Positions 19,133 through 38,725 of a stretch of DNA of 64,000 nt are shown here, in pieces. A program made the translations under genes and the position numbers. Where the stretch lies: assembly GCF_023055435.1 (NCBI RefSeq), contig NW_025964323.1:868001-932000 (forward strand). The letters are read 5' to 3'. Source of the DNA: Haliotis rufescens (taxonomy: Eukaryota). How positions within the stretch are numbered: position 1 is the stretch's first letter; each line of letters opens with the position of its first letter. Below the pieces are notes generated by a model, which was not told where the DNA came from, made no database searches, and saw nothing but the letters and a program-made list of their open reading frames with translations.

Positions 19133-19562
19133 ATTCCGATCAATATCTTTGTTCTGTCTAGTCAATACACATTATTGGTTAGAAATTAAGCATAGCTGCT
19201 TGCGAGAGCGAACATACATTTGCAAAGGTTATAGAATGTAAGGGTAAGAAAGACAAAGCAAGCACTGCTTCAGCAAATTAACACAGTGCGAATTTTTCCA
19301 TTTACTTTTATGAAGGGTATTTAGGTAATTGTATCATGAAAAAGCAGTTAACTCTCAATACGACGTGTTACAATTATATGTTAACCACCATAAAAGTTCT
19401 ACCTTTACAGCTGTTTATCACATAATGAATATGATCGTTTCAGGCCTTTCTTGTCAGTGAACGAAAACGTAAATATGTATTCCCGTTTTTATGAGGTGTA
19501 AGTTGTAAGATAGATATCAATGTTATATCTCTTCATGTCCTATATTAATTTTCGGACTGACA

Positions 19563-19845
19563 ATAAGTTAGTGAGTGAGTTGGGTTCAACGCCGCTTTAA
19601 ACAGTATTCCAGTTATATCAAGCTTAACGTGGGAGGAAAACCAAAAGTGATACAGGTCTTAGACGTTTACCACCACTTTGGTGCAACACACGAGGACGGG
19701 TCTGGTGCTGAGAAAACTAAAAACATAATCGTCGGGAGCCGGGATTTAAACCCACAATCATTGATTTGTGGCTTGCCCAAAGGACGCCACACTGCACAGG
19801 GATTTTGCGTCACCTTAGACGTCTTAGACGTGCCCGCGACTAGCA
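19563..19845 (-). mobile_element. SINE family C (about 280 bp)
   Basis: Reverse complement of 20932-21205. (CACT)n tail, degenerate A and B boxes. Confidence 0.75.
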
Positions 19846-20484
19846 ATAAATTGATAGGCTAAAAGAATAACTCTGATGTGATGTGATCAAGTTTAGTAGC
19901 ATACATGTAGGTACACCAAAGGAAAATGTACCATTCCAACTTGTTTGCTGTATAACGCCGCACTAAGCAATATTCTAGCGATTTGACGGCGGTATGTAAA
20001 CAACCCAGTGAACGACTTCATGAACATCGATCCACGCAATTGTGATACGGTGACATGCAATCAACCAAGCCACTGAGTCTGACTCCTCAATCATCTAATC
20101 GCCTCTTTCGGCAAGATTAGTATGTTTGTGAGCTATTCTTCTACCTGGAATCCACGAGGAAAGAGTCATGACTTCAACTTAACAATAGCCAAATTTTTAT
20201 TTTAGTTCGAGAAATATTCATGGAGCTCCAGCCTTTGGTTTTTACGTTTCACGACTTTTGAGGTACAATCGTGCATGCTCTTTCCGCCTAAAGTGCGTCA
20301 TACGACTCTTGCTCAGAAGTTGTTGAGCCAGGTTAAAACAGTGAAGGCCTTAGCAAAGCTATCAAACGTTTTGTGGTAGACTCGTGGAGGATTTATCCAC
20401 ATTTGACGCAGCAGTGACAAAATGATGTCCGATGCAATTCTCTATTTCTACTTGTACCGTGTTTGTTCGGGAAAACAATTGAAT

Positions 20485-21892
20485 TGCCTTTGCATGTGCG
20501 TGTAACGAGGTTCACCGGTGTGGCAGGATAGACTCATCTTTTCGCGAACACCTGGTATCATCACTAATTGAAACATGCTCATGATACATTCGGATTCGTA
20601 CGACCGACTCTGATTTTAGCAGAGATTTCTAATGAATGTGGAAAGGGTTTTGTCGCCTTTATTTAATTACAAGTGATTCAGTAAATAGTACAATAGGAGC
20701 GATGACACCACGCGTTTTTGATGTTGATGTATTCGATGCAAAAAGGAACCAGTGTGTGTTATGTCGTTTATAGACAGGTCACATAGGATGATCATCATCA
20801 TGTATACGTAATTAATTCTATATGAAAGTGTTGTCCGAATATTTATGTTATGACAATAAAGTATGTTGAATAATACTAAGCTCTACAAGCATGTTAATTC
20901 TTGCGTTAAAGAAGATCGTATCTTGTTACACGGGTGGCCCAGTCATCTAAGGCCCCGCGATTCGCTTTTCAGAGTTGCGTCCCTTGGGCACGTCAGAAAC
21001 CTATGATTGTGGGTTCAAATCATACATCGCCCCAATTGTGTTTCTAGGTTTGTAAGCACCATACTCGTGGGTTTCACCGAAGTGGTAAACATCTGAGACC
21101 TGCACTACTTGGGGCTTCCCTCCCACATTAAGCTGCACGCCGTGATATAACTGGAATACTGTTAAAAGCGGCGTTAAATCCAACTCACACACTCACTAAC
21201 TCACTATTTGGTGTTCAGACTGTAATATATTTGAATATTTTGCAAAATATTCTTCATCATTATAAATATGCTATTTTTATCAATCGAATTGTGAATGGCG
21301 ATTTACCAACTTCAGACAGAAATGTGTGTCACAATATTAATGATGCGATGTGTGTGGACGTGGCAATTTGTAAATTGATTTGTAACTGAATGCGCACTGT
21401 GATAAACGTTTAGTTGTTAACGGGTTTATCTCTATATCTATTTATCGGATATTTGGGGTGCAAACACACGCCTGGAAATGAATACAATTTAACATCGGGC
21501 TTTCTCTTGGTTCTTCTCATGATACATATATCCTGCTGCTCGAGAGGGTATAAATTGTTAGCAGAGATATTGAAGACGCCGGAGTGACCGTGAGTTAATG
21601 AGCGAAAACATTGCCAAAGTTTTTGATTGAATATGTAAACATGAAGGATCCAATCCCGAGGGTTTACTTTTTTAACTAAAACGTTTGAGAAATGTTTTCA
21701 CTGTTCTATAAATAAAAGCAACAAAACCCGTTCCATATTCATAAGATTGTACGATGCCGATAAGATCACGAGAATGTGTTTATGAATCACTATGATGATA
21801 TGAATCACAGTCATGATACCAGGTGTACGTGTAAAGGTGAGCGTATCCTGTCCCATCGGTGGAATCCGCCATAAACACATGCAAAGGCACGT
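20485..21892. repeat. Inverted pair of an unclassified repeat (about 20485-20675 plus, about 21697-21892 minus)
   Basis: Shared TGCCTTTGCATGTG...CAGGATA..CTCA.CTTT...ACACCTGGTATCAT...ATGAATRTGGAA.GGGTTTTGT. A related core occurs at about 6130, 27065 and 58010. Confidence 0.6.
20932..21205 (+). mobile_element. SINE family C, full length
   Basis: Head TGGCCCAGTCATCTAAGGC...GTGGGTTCAAATC; tail GATATAACTGGAATACTGTTAAAAGCGGCGTTAAA. Confidence 0.78.
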
Positions 21893-23845
21893 CAACTGTT
21901 AACCCGAAAAAACCCTTCATCAACAAATTCGGAATTTAATAATCGTTTTCGGAAGAAAAATATATGATTCGAATTTGTCATCGGTTGCGCCAATGGCCAT
22001 GAAACAGGATTACCGGCAAGGATCACGAGGGTTTCATTCAGCCAGTCTTCAGGAACAGTCAAGACATCCACATAAGTTAGAGAGAAAGATGTTTTTATTC
22101 GTTTGTTTGAAAGTACAGATCGTTGTGGTGAGTAATATAATGTTGTTGCAATGAAATTGTACAATTTTCTAAGGGATGGTTGACACTTGATGTCGTAGTG
22201 TTCCGTGTATCGTTTGACAATTCAGGTTTCCATATTTATCATCTCAAACTTGGATAGCTCAACTATTTAACTGAATTCAATGATCTAGTTGCACAAGAAT
22301 TTGAAGTTAATGGTTCGTTATTATTTTCCTGCCAGTACAAAAATTGCCACTAAATAAGTGGACAAGGTTTTATACATCCGTTATGTTATGTTCACATTTC
22401 GGATTCGAAAAGAAATGGCGCTCGCCTTATTCAACTTGTATAAATATCTACCAATAAATCGTAAATGTACTTTTCAGGCCACAGAAGCAAAACTATCAGG
22501 ATCTACATATACAAAAGGACCAATGATCACCAGAAAGCAGGTTAAGTGCATATATGAACCTACATCGACGGCTGTCCAATATGGTCATGTATATAGTCAT
22601 ACCTGTTCAAAATAAAAACTATAAATTTTTAATTTAAAGTTTACACGATATACGGCTTTTCCATTGGACGAGAGGTCAGTCACATGACCGTGAAATTGAC
22701 GTTCATAAGTTTTTCACGAGACCGTGTTCTTTAAATGACGTAAACACTGACGGACTACTTCCACATTCCTGGGGAAACCCCTTGGAATTCCCTAGCACAA
22801 AAAAACACACATAAGCGTTCTTTCTGATCATTTAGAACCTTTATTCTTGGTCTCAGCGTTTCAGTATACATTGAGAAATGTCAGAGAGCGTGACTGCATG
22901 ATTGTTCACGAATATCCTCGCTGCGGTCTATCCTAATGAACAAACGATGAAATGCACATCTAAACTATCGTAGTGTGGACTCGATCCGTGCCAAGGCTGA
23001 CATTGACCGTCTCCAGCAATCCATGAATTTACCTTAGTGTCTGTTTGACGCATCTTTATTCACCTTTCAATGATCGGCCAGTTGATCAATGATGACGTAC
23101 ACATGTAACCGCCACACGTTCATTAACAACTTCGGAAATCTCTCCCGTCACGTTTATTTTGACGTCTTGTACTTGATGTAATTGTATTACGACGCGCTGT
23201 CATTGTGACTGACTTACTGAGGTAGTTCTTTACAGACCTTTCTCATCTAGTGAGGATATGATTTGAACACATGTGCTGCTTAAGATGTTTCTGAAGAGCA
23301 AGTTGTGCATCCATACGCCCATGTCATCTCTCTTTTTGAGGAACTATTTTACTCCGCGATAAAGCTGGTTGTTGTATGGCTGTCAGTGTAAACATGAAGT
23401 CACACGCATATAAAAGAAATTGTGTTTAGATCTTGGCCTACATCCTTTGGGGTAAGAAATTGTGATAAAAAAATTATAAGAATTGACTTTCACTTTGTGT
23501 GAGTTCATTGGAGTATGAACCTTCATAGAGTGAGGGCCAAACATTGTATGAACGTCGTCGGAAGCTCCGACGTTCATTCGGTTTAGCCCTCACTCCCGTT
23601 TTCTTTGACAAACGTCGCCCCGGTAATGTTTCTATGTTTGTGAGGATCATACCCGAATTCGTTGGTTTCACCAAACTGGTAAACGTCTGAGACTTGCTTC
23701 ACTTTGGGTTTTCCATTAAGGTGACACGCTGTGATTATATAACTGGTATACTGTTAAAAGTGTCGTTAAACCCAAATCACCAAATCATTCTTTGACACAC
23801 GTATTATTTAATGAATATAAATAGAAACAAAACTGCTAATTGGAT

Positions 23846-23861
23846 TCAGATTTATTTCTGA
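23846..23861 (-). terminator. Poly(A) signal, copy 4
   Basis: TCAGA-AATAAA-TCTGA. The same motif occurs at 36276-36291, 42758-42773, 48520-48535, 54326-54341 and 62923-62938 (copies 6-10). Confidence 0.7.
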
Positions 23862-23882
23862 CTGTACAGGACAATAGCAAGA

Positions 23883-26380
<2,498 letters not shown>

Positions 26381-26441
26381 ATTGAATGTTGGAGGAAGGA
26401 AGGAGGCGGTAAATCCTTACTGCTGTAGAATACACGTTGGG

Positions 26442-26560
26442 CACTTGGGTTGTAACTGACCATACCTACACGGAGACTGTTTATATAACCCCGTCTTGTA
26501 ATCTTGTTCCTGATTGGCTAGCTGTTGTCCTGCCCGTAACTACCAACATAGTCAACTGTT
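26442..26560 (-). promoter_or_regulatory. Core promoter, copy 4
   Basis: Same module with TCAGTT Inr. Confidence 0.75.
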
Positions 26561-27371
26561 ATCGTCATTAGTTAAGCCCCAGTTAAACAGCATTGTGGTT
26601 ATTCAATTAAAGCTATTATAATATGTTTCAGCGACCCTGATATCTCTCCCGATCTGTGTACATATTTTTTTCTTTTCATGTTCAAATTTCCTATTATTGT
26701 CAAACAAAGATGTACATCCGCAGGTCATGCATGTCGTGTTCGACATATTTACATTTGGAAGCATTTAGTTATAAGCAAAATGTTACAGATATGATATGTT
26801 TGGCTTTGGCACATTTTAGGTGACCGTGAAAATAGGGAGTGCTGAAAACCTAGAAATCCAGTTTTAAGGTTGTTATTACCATTGACACCGTAATATACTT
26901 CGTGTTGTGCTTTCAAATTGACGTTAATCAAGGATAGAAGTAGAACGTTGACTGATAAATGAATGTAATTTCCTTACCGTTTTACTGGGAACATATGTAA
27001 TCGCAAATGTAATCTTCCTTGAGTCAGGCAACAAACACTTACTTTTTATGTAAATTGTTTGAGTGACGGGTACAGGAGATGCTTATCCTTTTCGTGAGCA
27101 CCTGCTTTCATCACAAAGTTTCAATGAGCCATCCGTATAGATTTCACCGCTATTTTGCCTTTTACGCCCAATGGAATCTGTTTCGGCAGATAATTGACAC
27201 TGGTTATTCTCTGACGTTGACGATTTTCATTATTTTACAAGGCCTGGTGTCATTGCTGGTGGTGCAGTGTTTTAAACATCACCTTTGCTTGTGTGCTAGT
27301 TTTTGTGAAAAAAGATGTGGATCTTGCTGATTAGATAATATCTCATTGGTAATGAAACACTGTTGTTGGTG

Positions 27372-27530
27372 GAGTGAGTATGATTCTACGCCGCTGTTAG
27401 CAATATTCCAGCACTATCACGACAGGGAAACCAGAAATGGGCTTCACGCATTGTGCCAATATTGGGAATCGAACCCGGGCCTTCAGCGTGAAGAGCAAAC
27501 GCTTTAAGCACAAGGCTACCCCACCGCCCA
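27372..27530 (-). mobile_element. SINE family A
   Basis: Full copy. The same insertion recurs at 58288-58445, and truncated at 46288-46378 and 52048-52139. A degenerate copy lies at about 8950-9075. Confidence 0.8.
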
Positions 27531-28082
27531 TAAACCGCTTGAACGTTGGATGTTAATTATGCATACTTCAGCACACTCACCTAATCCTTCATCGGTTATA
27601 TCTCATTAGTTAGACACCCATCAATTAGCCAGCCAATTCTCGGACAGTGAGGTAGGAGATTAATGAAGACAATACCTACAGCTGTAATGGTACAATCCTG
27701 ATTAAAGTGCTCTACTGTTCTGGGTACCAGGGCAGTCAGTCATGGTAAATGGGGAGACAATAGGGTGATTAACTAGTGTCTATTGCAGAATTTTAGGTAT
27801 ACGTTTATTCAATTATTCCTATACACATTACAAAATATACAGATATAATACATGATAAAGTACATTGCAAAAAAAATATTAAGATACATATCCAATTAAC
27901 ATCAGTTATATGAATATGGTTATTGATTTAATATATATTTGATGGTTAACATCTACATACATCTTCAAACATAGTACGATATATATTCTGAAACATACAT
28001 TCTGGAAATCAATTATATGACATGGTTGTAATGTACGGTTACCATCTCAATGATTTACCCGTACAACCATCTTTGAACACGT

Positions 28083-28530
28083 TTACAGGACAACAAAAGG
28101 GGATACAGCATCGGCATACCCAATTGGGGCTTTTCTGCTGGTCATAATGTCATTAATCTTTTCACTGATCATGCTTGTGTCGAGGTTGCGATATTTTCTT
28201 CTCTTTGGTGAACCTGCTTGAAATTCTCGGGATTAGACTGTTCCTTCCCGATGTCTACACACTTGTAGTTGTTGGGGTGGTTTGAACAGGCTTCCTCTCA
28301 CTCCGAACTTTGGTTTTCACGTTAGGGGGAATTCTTGAATAACAATGTCCTTGTCCAGTATGTTTGTGTATATCACGATAAGTTGTGATTAAGCTGTTGG
28401 AAGCGTTGATTGTGTCCAGTGTACAGTGGTGTTTCGTCTGTTCTTGGTGCTAAATCTATGATCATTATAAACTTACTTCTACCCACCCTGGGAGTTAACA
28501 ACAAACCGAGCATTTACAGTGAATGTGTGA
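28083..28530 (-). mobile_element. Degenerate, internally deleted Mutator-like (MULE) transposase relic
   Basis: Hand translation gives a FLYWCH-like segment (FVVNSQGG..VYNDHRFSTKNRRNTTVHW) joined to a MULE-like C-terminus (NHPNNYK/VDIGKEQS...AGSPKRRKYRNLD...YADAVS), with stops and frameshifts and no DDE core. Fragments recur at about 34010-34290, 40400-40670, 46380-46530 and 52140-52280. Confidence 0.6.
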
Positions 28531-29168
28531 TCGGTACAAATAATCAGTACACATGGCACACCTCCTAATCAACAAATGAATTTCATGTATGAATATCATC
28601 TTAAAAGGGGGACACGGGTGGCCCAGAATTGGGTGGCTCGTTAATTATGATATCAATCACTGGATTGTGTGGTAACAGATCGCCGTCAAATAGCTGGAAA
28701 TTTGCTGAGTGCGATGTTAAGTACTAGATATACAATAATAAAGCCATTAGGTTCTTTGTGCTTTCTCCGATGGGCACGTCATGAAAAAAAACCATGAATA
28801 CTTTCATCATAAATGCACAAACATACACCATGTTCATGGTCCACTCCCAATAGAGATCCCGGGACGGAACAAGAGTTGACTAATGACGGCTTTGTCTTGT
28901 ATTGCCATGGCCACCTTCAAACAGATGCATAATGGTGTTAAACAGCATTTACTTATTTACTTCTGATTCTCTTTGAATTACTGTAAAATGAATCCCCGTT
29001 AGTCCAGACGATACTGTTTTCACTGTAATCGTCCGGATAATCCATAACGAACCATGGTTTAGAGTTATGCCCTTTTAATCCGACATCGCATCTTCAAACA
29101 GACAATCCTGAAGGATGACTTGGCAATTATAGGTTACGAGTTCTCGTTACACATGGACTGTTTTTAAT

Positions 29169-29382
29169 TCAGAAACCTATGATTGTGGGTTCGAATCCCG
29201 GTTCGCCCCGATTATGTTTCCAGGTTTGTGAGCACCATGACCGTGCTCGTGGGTTTCACTGAAGTGGTAAACGTCTGAGACCTGAATCACTTCGGGCTTT
29301 CCTCACACATTAAGCTGACACACGCGCCGTGATATAACTGGAATACTGTTAAAAGCGGCGTTAAACCCAACTCACTCACTCA
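29169..29382 (+). mobile_element. SINE family C, 5'-truncated
   Basis: Perfect B box GGTTCGAATCC. Partial copies at about 14181-14330 (minus), 23615-23785, 29745-29890, 30253-30345, 36043-36209, 42524-42691, 48287-48453, 54093-54259, and head only at 61080-61183. Confidence 0.78.
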
Positions 29383-30002
29383 AGTGTTCATGTCCAAATC
29401 AATGAGATAGACTATAACCAAACATGCAGTGAACTGTAGCTCGTAATCCAACCCAGGGATGAGGGCACAGTGCGGTTAAACCACACAGAGGTGTAGTGTT
29501 TCATGTTCTTCCAATTTCCGTATGCTTTGGTTATCTTCTCACCACCAACATACAAGTATAGCAACACCCACTATATTAGGCCAGTCTGTCTATGCACGCC
29601 TGCATTGTCGGAGCCAATGCTGCTAAGGTGAGGTGAGATGAAGTGGGGTTTGCCGTCGCGTTCAAGATAATTCTTGCTTCTAAAGTGGAACATGGTAAGT
29701 AAGTGTATCTTTTATATTTTCCATTACACGTTTTCTTTGACAAACATCGCCCCAGTTATGTTTCTATGTTTGTCAGGACCATTACCCGTGCTCGTGGGTT
29801 TCACCAAATTGGTAAACGTCTGAGACCTGCATCACTTTGGGCTTTCAACACACATTAAGCTGATACGCCATGATATAACTGCAATACTGTCCTAACAGAT
29901 TCCGTTATATTGTCAGAACATTCAAAGCATACGAAATATTGTTTATGTTAAAATGTCCTTTCTTGCAGTAAGCACTGAGACATATAGAACTGGAAAATAC
30001 GA

Positions 30003-30250
30003 AGATACAATGTACCTAAACACCCTTTACAAAAGTAAGTAGGAAAATATAAGTTATGTGTTCATATCCTGAAGCAGTGTTTGCTTTGTTTTTCTTGCCC
30101 TTACATTCTATAACATTTTATAACCATTGCCAAGGTATATTCGCTCTTGAAAGCTGCTACATGATGCTTAATTTCTAACCAATAATGTGTATTGACAAGA
30201 CGGATTAAAGATTAAGAAATTTCTGACTGGATTGAGGAAAGAATAGTTAA
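30003..30250 (-). pseudogene. Orphan copy of the copy-3 3'UTR and flank, with no coding exon
   Basis: Reverse complement aligns with about 19095-19337 (GTCAATACACATTATTGGTTAGAAATTAAGCAT is identical). The AATAAA is lost. Confidence 0.7.
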
Positions 30251-30415
30251 TTTGAGACCTGCATCAATTTGGCCTCTCCATCAAGGTTACACGCTGTGAT
30301 ACTATAACTGGAATACTGTTAAAAGAGTCGTTAAACCAAAATCAATAACTCGTTTTGTGACACGAATATGAATTATTGAATATAAATATTATAGAAACAA
30401 AAATAATGATTGGAT

Positions 30416-30431
30416 TCAGATGTATTTCTGA
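30416..30431 (-). terminator. Variant poly(A) signal AATACA, copy 5
   Basis: TCAGA-AATACA-TCTGA at the position homologous to the other copies' signal. Confidence 0.55.
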
Positions 30432-30452
30432 CTGTACAGGGCAACAGCAAGT

Positions 30453-32710
<2,258 letters not shown>

Positions 32711-32729
32711 GTTGAATGTTGGAGGAAGG

Positions 32730-32920
32730 CACTTGGGTTGTAACTGACCATAACTTACTTACTTACTTATATTAGGAGATTTTACGTGCGCTTTCCGACT
32801 GGAGCGTATTTCGCACACGGATAACCATAACTACACGTGTTCTGTTTATATAACCCCCTGGTGTAATCTTGTTCCTGATTGGCTGGCTGTTGCCCTGCCT
32901 GTAACTACCAACATAGTCAA
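32730..32920 (-). promoter_or_regulatory. Core promoter, copy 5, interrupted by an insertion
   Basis: Same module, but with 77 extra nt between TATA and Inr. Confidence 0.7.
32756..32823 (-). mobile_element. Short 5'-truncated retroposon 3' end inserted in the copy 5 promoter
   Basis: 68 nt absent from paralogs, (TAAG)n tail, 9-bp TSD ACCATAACT (32747-32755 and 32824-32832). Confidence 0.75.
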
Positions 32921-35900
32921 TTGTTATCGTCATTGGTTAAGCTCCGGTTAAGCAGCATTATGTTCATTCAATTGAAGCTATTATGATATGTTACTGCGAC
33001 GCTGTACATAATGTTCGTCTCATTTGCTGTTCATATTTTTCTATAATGTACACCGGCAGGTTATGTATGTATTTCATATTCGACAGATTTGAATTGAGAA
33101 ACATTTTGACACATTATATTTGTTTACAAGTCAGATATACATTACACAATCAAAAGGATAACATAAGTGCAGATAACCTAAAAATGTTTTATTGTATGTA
33201 AGATTTAATGTGTGTAACATGTTCTTTTCAATCCTGTTCATGCATGTTACATCACAGTACACAAAATGGTTTAGATGTCAGTGTAATGTGTTTTGCAGGT
33301 TAATAAACATCACATACACACACGTATATCTAACCATACATACACATCTTACCATACATACACATGCATTCATAAATACATACATACATGTACGTACCCA
33401 TACACAATCAATAGCCAAATATAAATATATATGTATATTGTTTAGATTCAAAATCTAACTCATTTCATTCCTTCTCACCGCCATTTATATATCAGCTTCT
33501 TCCACCCGCCAAAGGGTCATTAACAATGATCAGGCATTTTAGTTTTATTTGCTTTATTGATAGATACGTCGACCCTGAAAATCAGGAATGCTGCAGCTGA
33601 AAACCTGACTCCGTTGACTAGTAGAAAAACTGATTCAAATATATTTCGTTTTCTGCTTTCAAAGTAAAATGAATCAATTATAGAAGTAGAACGTCATTCC
33701 TTATGTCATTTCCTTGCCGTTTTACTGAGCATATATGTAATCACAAACGTAATCTTTCCCATGCGTCAGGCAATAAACACTTACTTTTTTTACAAACTGT
33801 TTAAGTTTTCAATTATCCATTCATATAATTTTCACCGCTATTTTGCTTTTTGTGCCCAATGGAATCTGTTTCGGCAGATAATTGGGCTTGGTTATTATCT
33901 GGCTTTGACGTTTTTCATTATATTGAACGCCTGGTGTCATTGCTGGTGTTGCAGTGTTTCCAACATCAGCTTTGCTTATGTGCTATCTCTTGTTAAAATG
34001 TCGTGGATCTTACTCTTACTCCGAACTTTGGTTTTCAGCTCAGGGAGAAATTCTTGAATTACACTGTCCTTGTCATCTCCAGGATTGTTGTGTATATCAC
34101 GATAAGTTGTGATAAAAGTGTTGAATGTGTTGATTGTGGCCAACGTAAAGTAGTGTTTCGTCTGTTGATGATTGTAAATACTTGATTGTTACGAACGAAA
34201 TTTTGTCCACCCTGGGTGTTAGCAACAAACCGAACATTTCCACGAACATTTGCCAATGATTGTGTGATCGGTACAACAAATCTATACACATGGCACACTA
34301 ACTAATCAACATATGAATTTCCTTTGCGAAAATCATCTTAAAAGTGAAGACGAATACACGATGCCATTTAGAAAGTGGTCAAATGTAACAAATGTTATAT
34401 TAGTGTGGGTTAGAATCCCGGATTTGACTCAACCCCAAAAGTACGAGAATCTGTACGTTACTGAGAAAGTGTTATCCGTAATATAGCATGTGTTACGTCT
34501 TAAAAGTGTTCATCTATCAGGTATCCACATGGCCCAACACGAATTGGGCAGTGTTGATGCTTACTTCACCTGCACATGTCCACTAAAAAGCAAAAATGCA
34601 GCGAGCTGTAGCTCTTAATCCCATATGACAACACCCAGGGTGAGGGCACAGTGATATTAACACACGGAGAGGTGTAGTTTTTCGTATTCTTCCAATTTGT
34701 ATATCCTTTGGTTATCTTAAATTATAGCAACATTCACTCCATTGGGCCACTCAGTCTGTGTACACCACAATTGTCAGGGCCAATTATCAAGAACTGTGAC
34801 ACCAGCTCAAGCTACGATTAATGGGTCTGCCAATTGTTTGGATATCTTCCAACCAAAGGCAATATTCCCTATTAGTCATCACACTAATTATTAAAAATAC
34901 CCGTTCGTTGGTATTGTCTGGGCCATTTACAGTGTTGATCACACATTACTCAATCACGGTGATGCACGTCTTCGTGGGGATCTGATCTCTGACAATTCTC
35001 AAGGGAAGGAATGTTGCCTTTGTTATTTTCTTTCCGTGGATACATGGATGATATCCCAGAATTTCGACTACTTCGCGACCTGAACTGCGCCACCCGGAAG
35101 CGTATTGTTCCTTTCATTGATAGAAAAGGGTCGTATCATCACGTTGATCAACCAAAATGAAATACAGTTTGGTCTTGGAAAGAATTATTGGCGTCCTAGA
35201 GGTCGCATCACTAATGGTGACGAAGACATGAAAAAGTCACTTGATATTCTGTGATTTTCGTTTGCACTATTTTGACTAGAAACACAAAGTAATGATTTTC
35301 CCCTGATTATTGCTTATCATATCGTGTTAAAGTATATGTGTGAAAGTCAATGTGTAAACCGCCTAAATAGTTCATTTGTTTTAATATTAATCTTAAAAAC
35401 CCATCCATTAATTGTAAAATGATCACGAATGTAAAACCTTTTGATTGTTTGATTTCATCACCCAGAAAACGAAAGTCCAAACATGTTTATTTATATATAC
35501 ACAACATTTCCGTTATTTGCTAGGTTTTACTTTGAGGTTACACCTGTTATTGGATTTGAGGACAAAGTCATTGCTCATATTAGCTGATACTTCAAAGTAG
35601 AACTATAGGTTTATGGAGCATGCAACTGCCAGTATTCGCGTTGTCGCCAAACAGTTTTTCGTGATATCGGAAGAATAAAACAGACCATGGTCTAAAGAAT
35701 CTTTTTTGAAAACAGTTTGACCATGTTCATGATATTTCGTATTCTCTTTGTTTTTACGCACGAGAACATGATAAAAAATATTTTATGGATAACAACGTCT
35801 TATTGTTTCCAATGACGTTTCAGGGCTAGTTATTGTCCTTTCACCAAGTGAATAACTTTTTATGGATAACAACCTTTTAGAAAATGTAAATGTTCGTTTA

Positions 35901-36312
35901 GAGTTCATTTTAAAAAAAAAAGATGAGGTGAGGTGAAATTTGGTTTGGCGTCGCGTTCTAGATAATGCTTGTTTCTAAAGTGGCACATGGCAGGTAATTG
36001 TATCTTCAATATTTTCGATTAACATGTTTTCTTTGACAAACCTCGCCCTAGTTATGTTGTAACATTTGTCAGGTTCCTACCCGTGCTTGTGGGTTTCGCC
36101 AAATTGGTAAACGCCTGAGCCCTGCATCACTTACGGTTTTCCGTTAAGGTGACACGTTGTGTTAATATAACTGGAATACTGTTAAAAGCGTCGTTAAACC
36201 CAAATCACTATATCTCACTTTTCGATACTCGTATGAATTGTTGAATATAAATAGAAACAAAATTGCTGATTGGATTCAGATTTATTTCTGACTGTACAGG
36301 GCAATAGCAAGT

Positions 36313-38590
<2,278 letters not shown>

Positions 38591-38609
38591 GTTGAATGTT
38601 GGAGGAAGG

Positions 38610-38725
38610 CACTTGAGTTGTAACTGACCATAACTACACGGAGACTGTTTATATATCCCCGTGTTGTAATCTTGTTCCCGATTGGCTAGCTGTTGCCCTG
38701 CCTGTTACTATCAACATAGTCAATT
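38610..38725 (-). promoter_or_regulatory. Core promoter, copy 6
   Basis: CCAAT, TATAAA starting at 38653, TCAGTT Inr with A at 38625. Confidence 0.75.

Noticed and set aside
22640-23080. Possible Crypton-like relic on the minus strand (AETKNKGSK*SERTL...GIPR)
   Set aside because: Similarity is too short and degenerate to support without a profile search.
33192-33458. 88-aa ORF repeated at 45439 and 51199
   Set aside because: AT- and CA-rich low-complexity spacer copied by the recent duplication. It has a non-ATG start and is disrupted in the unit 6 copies.
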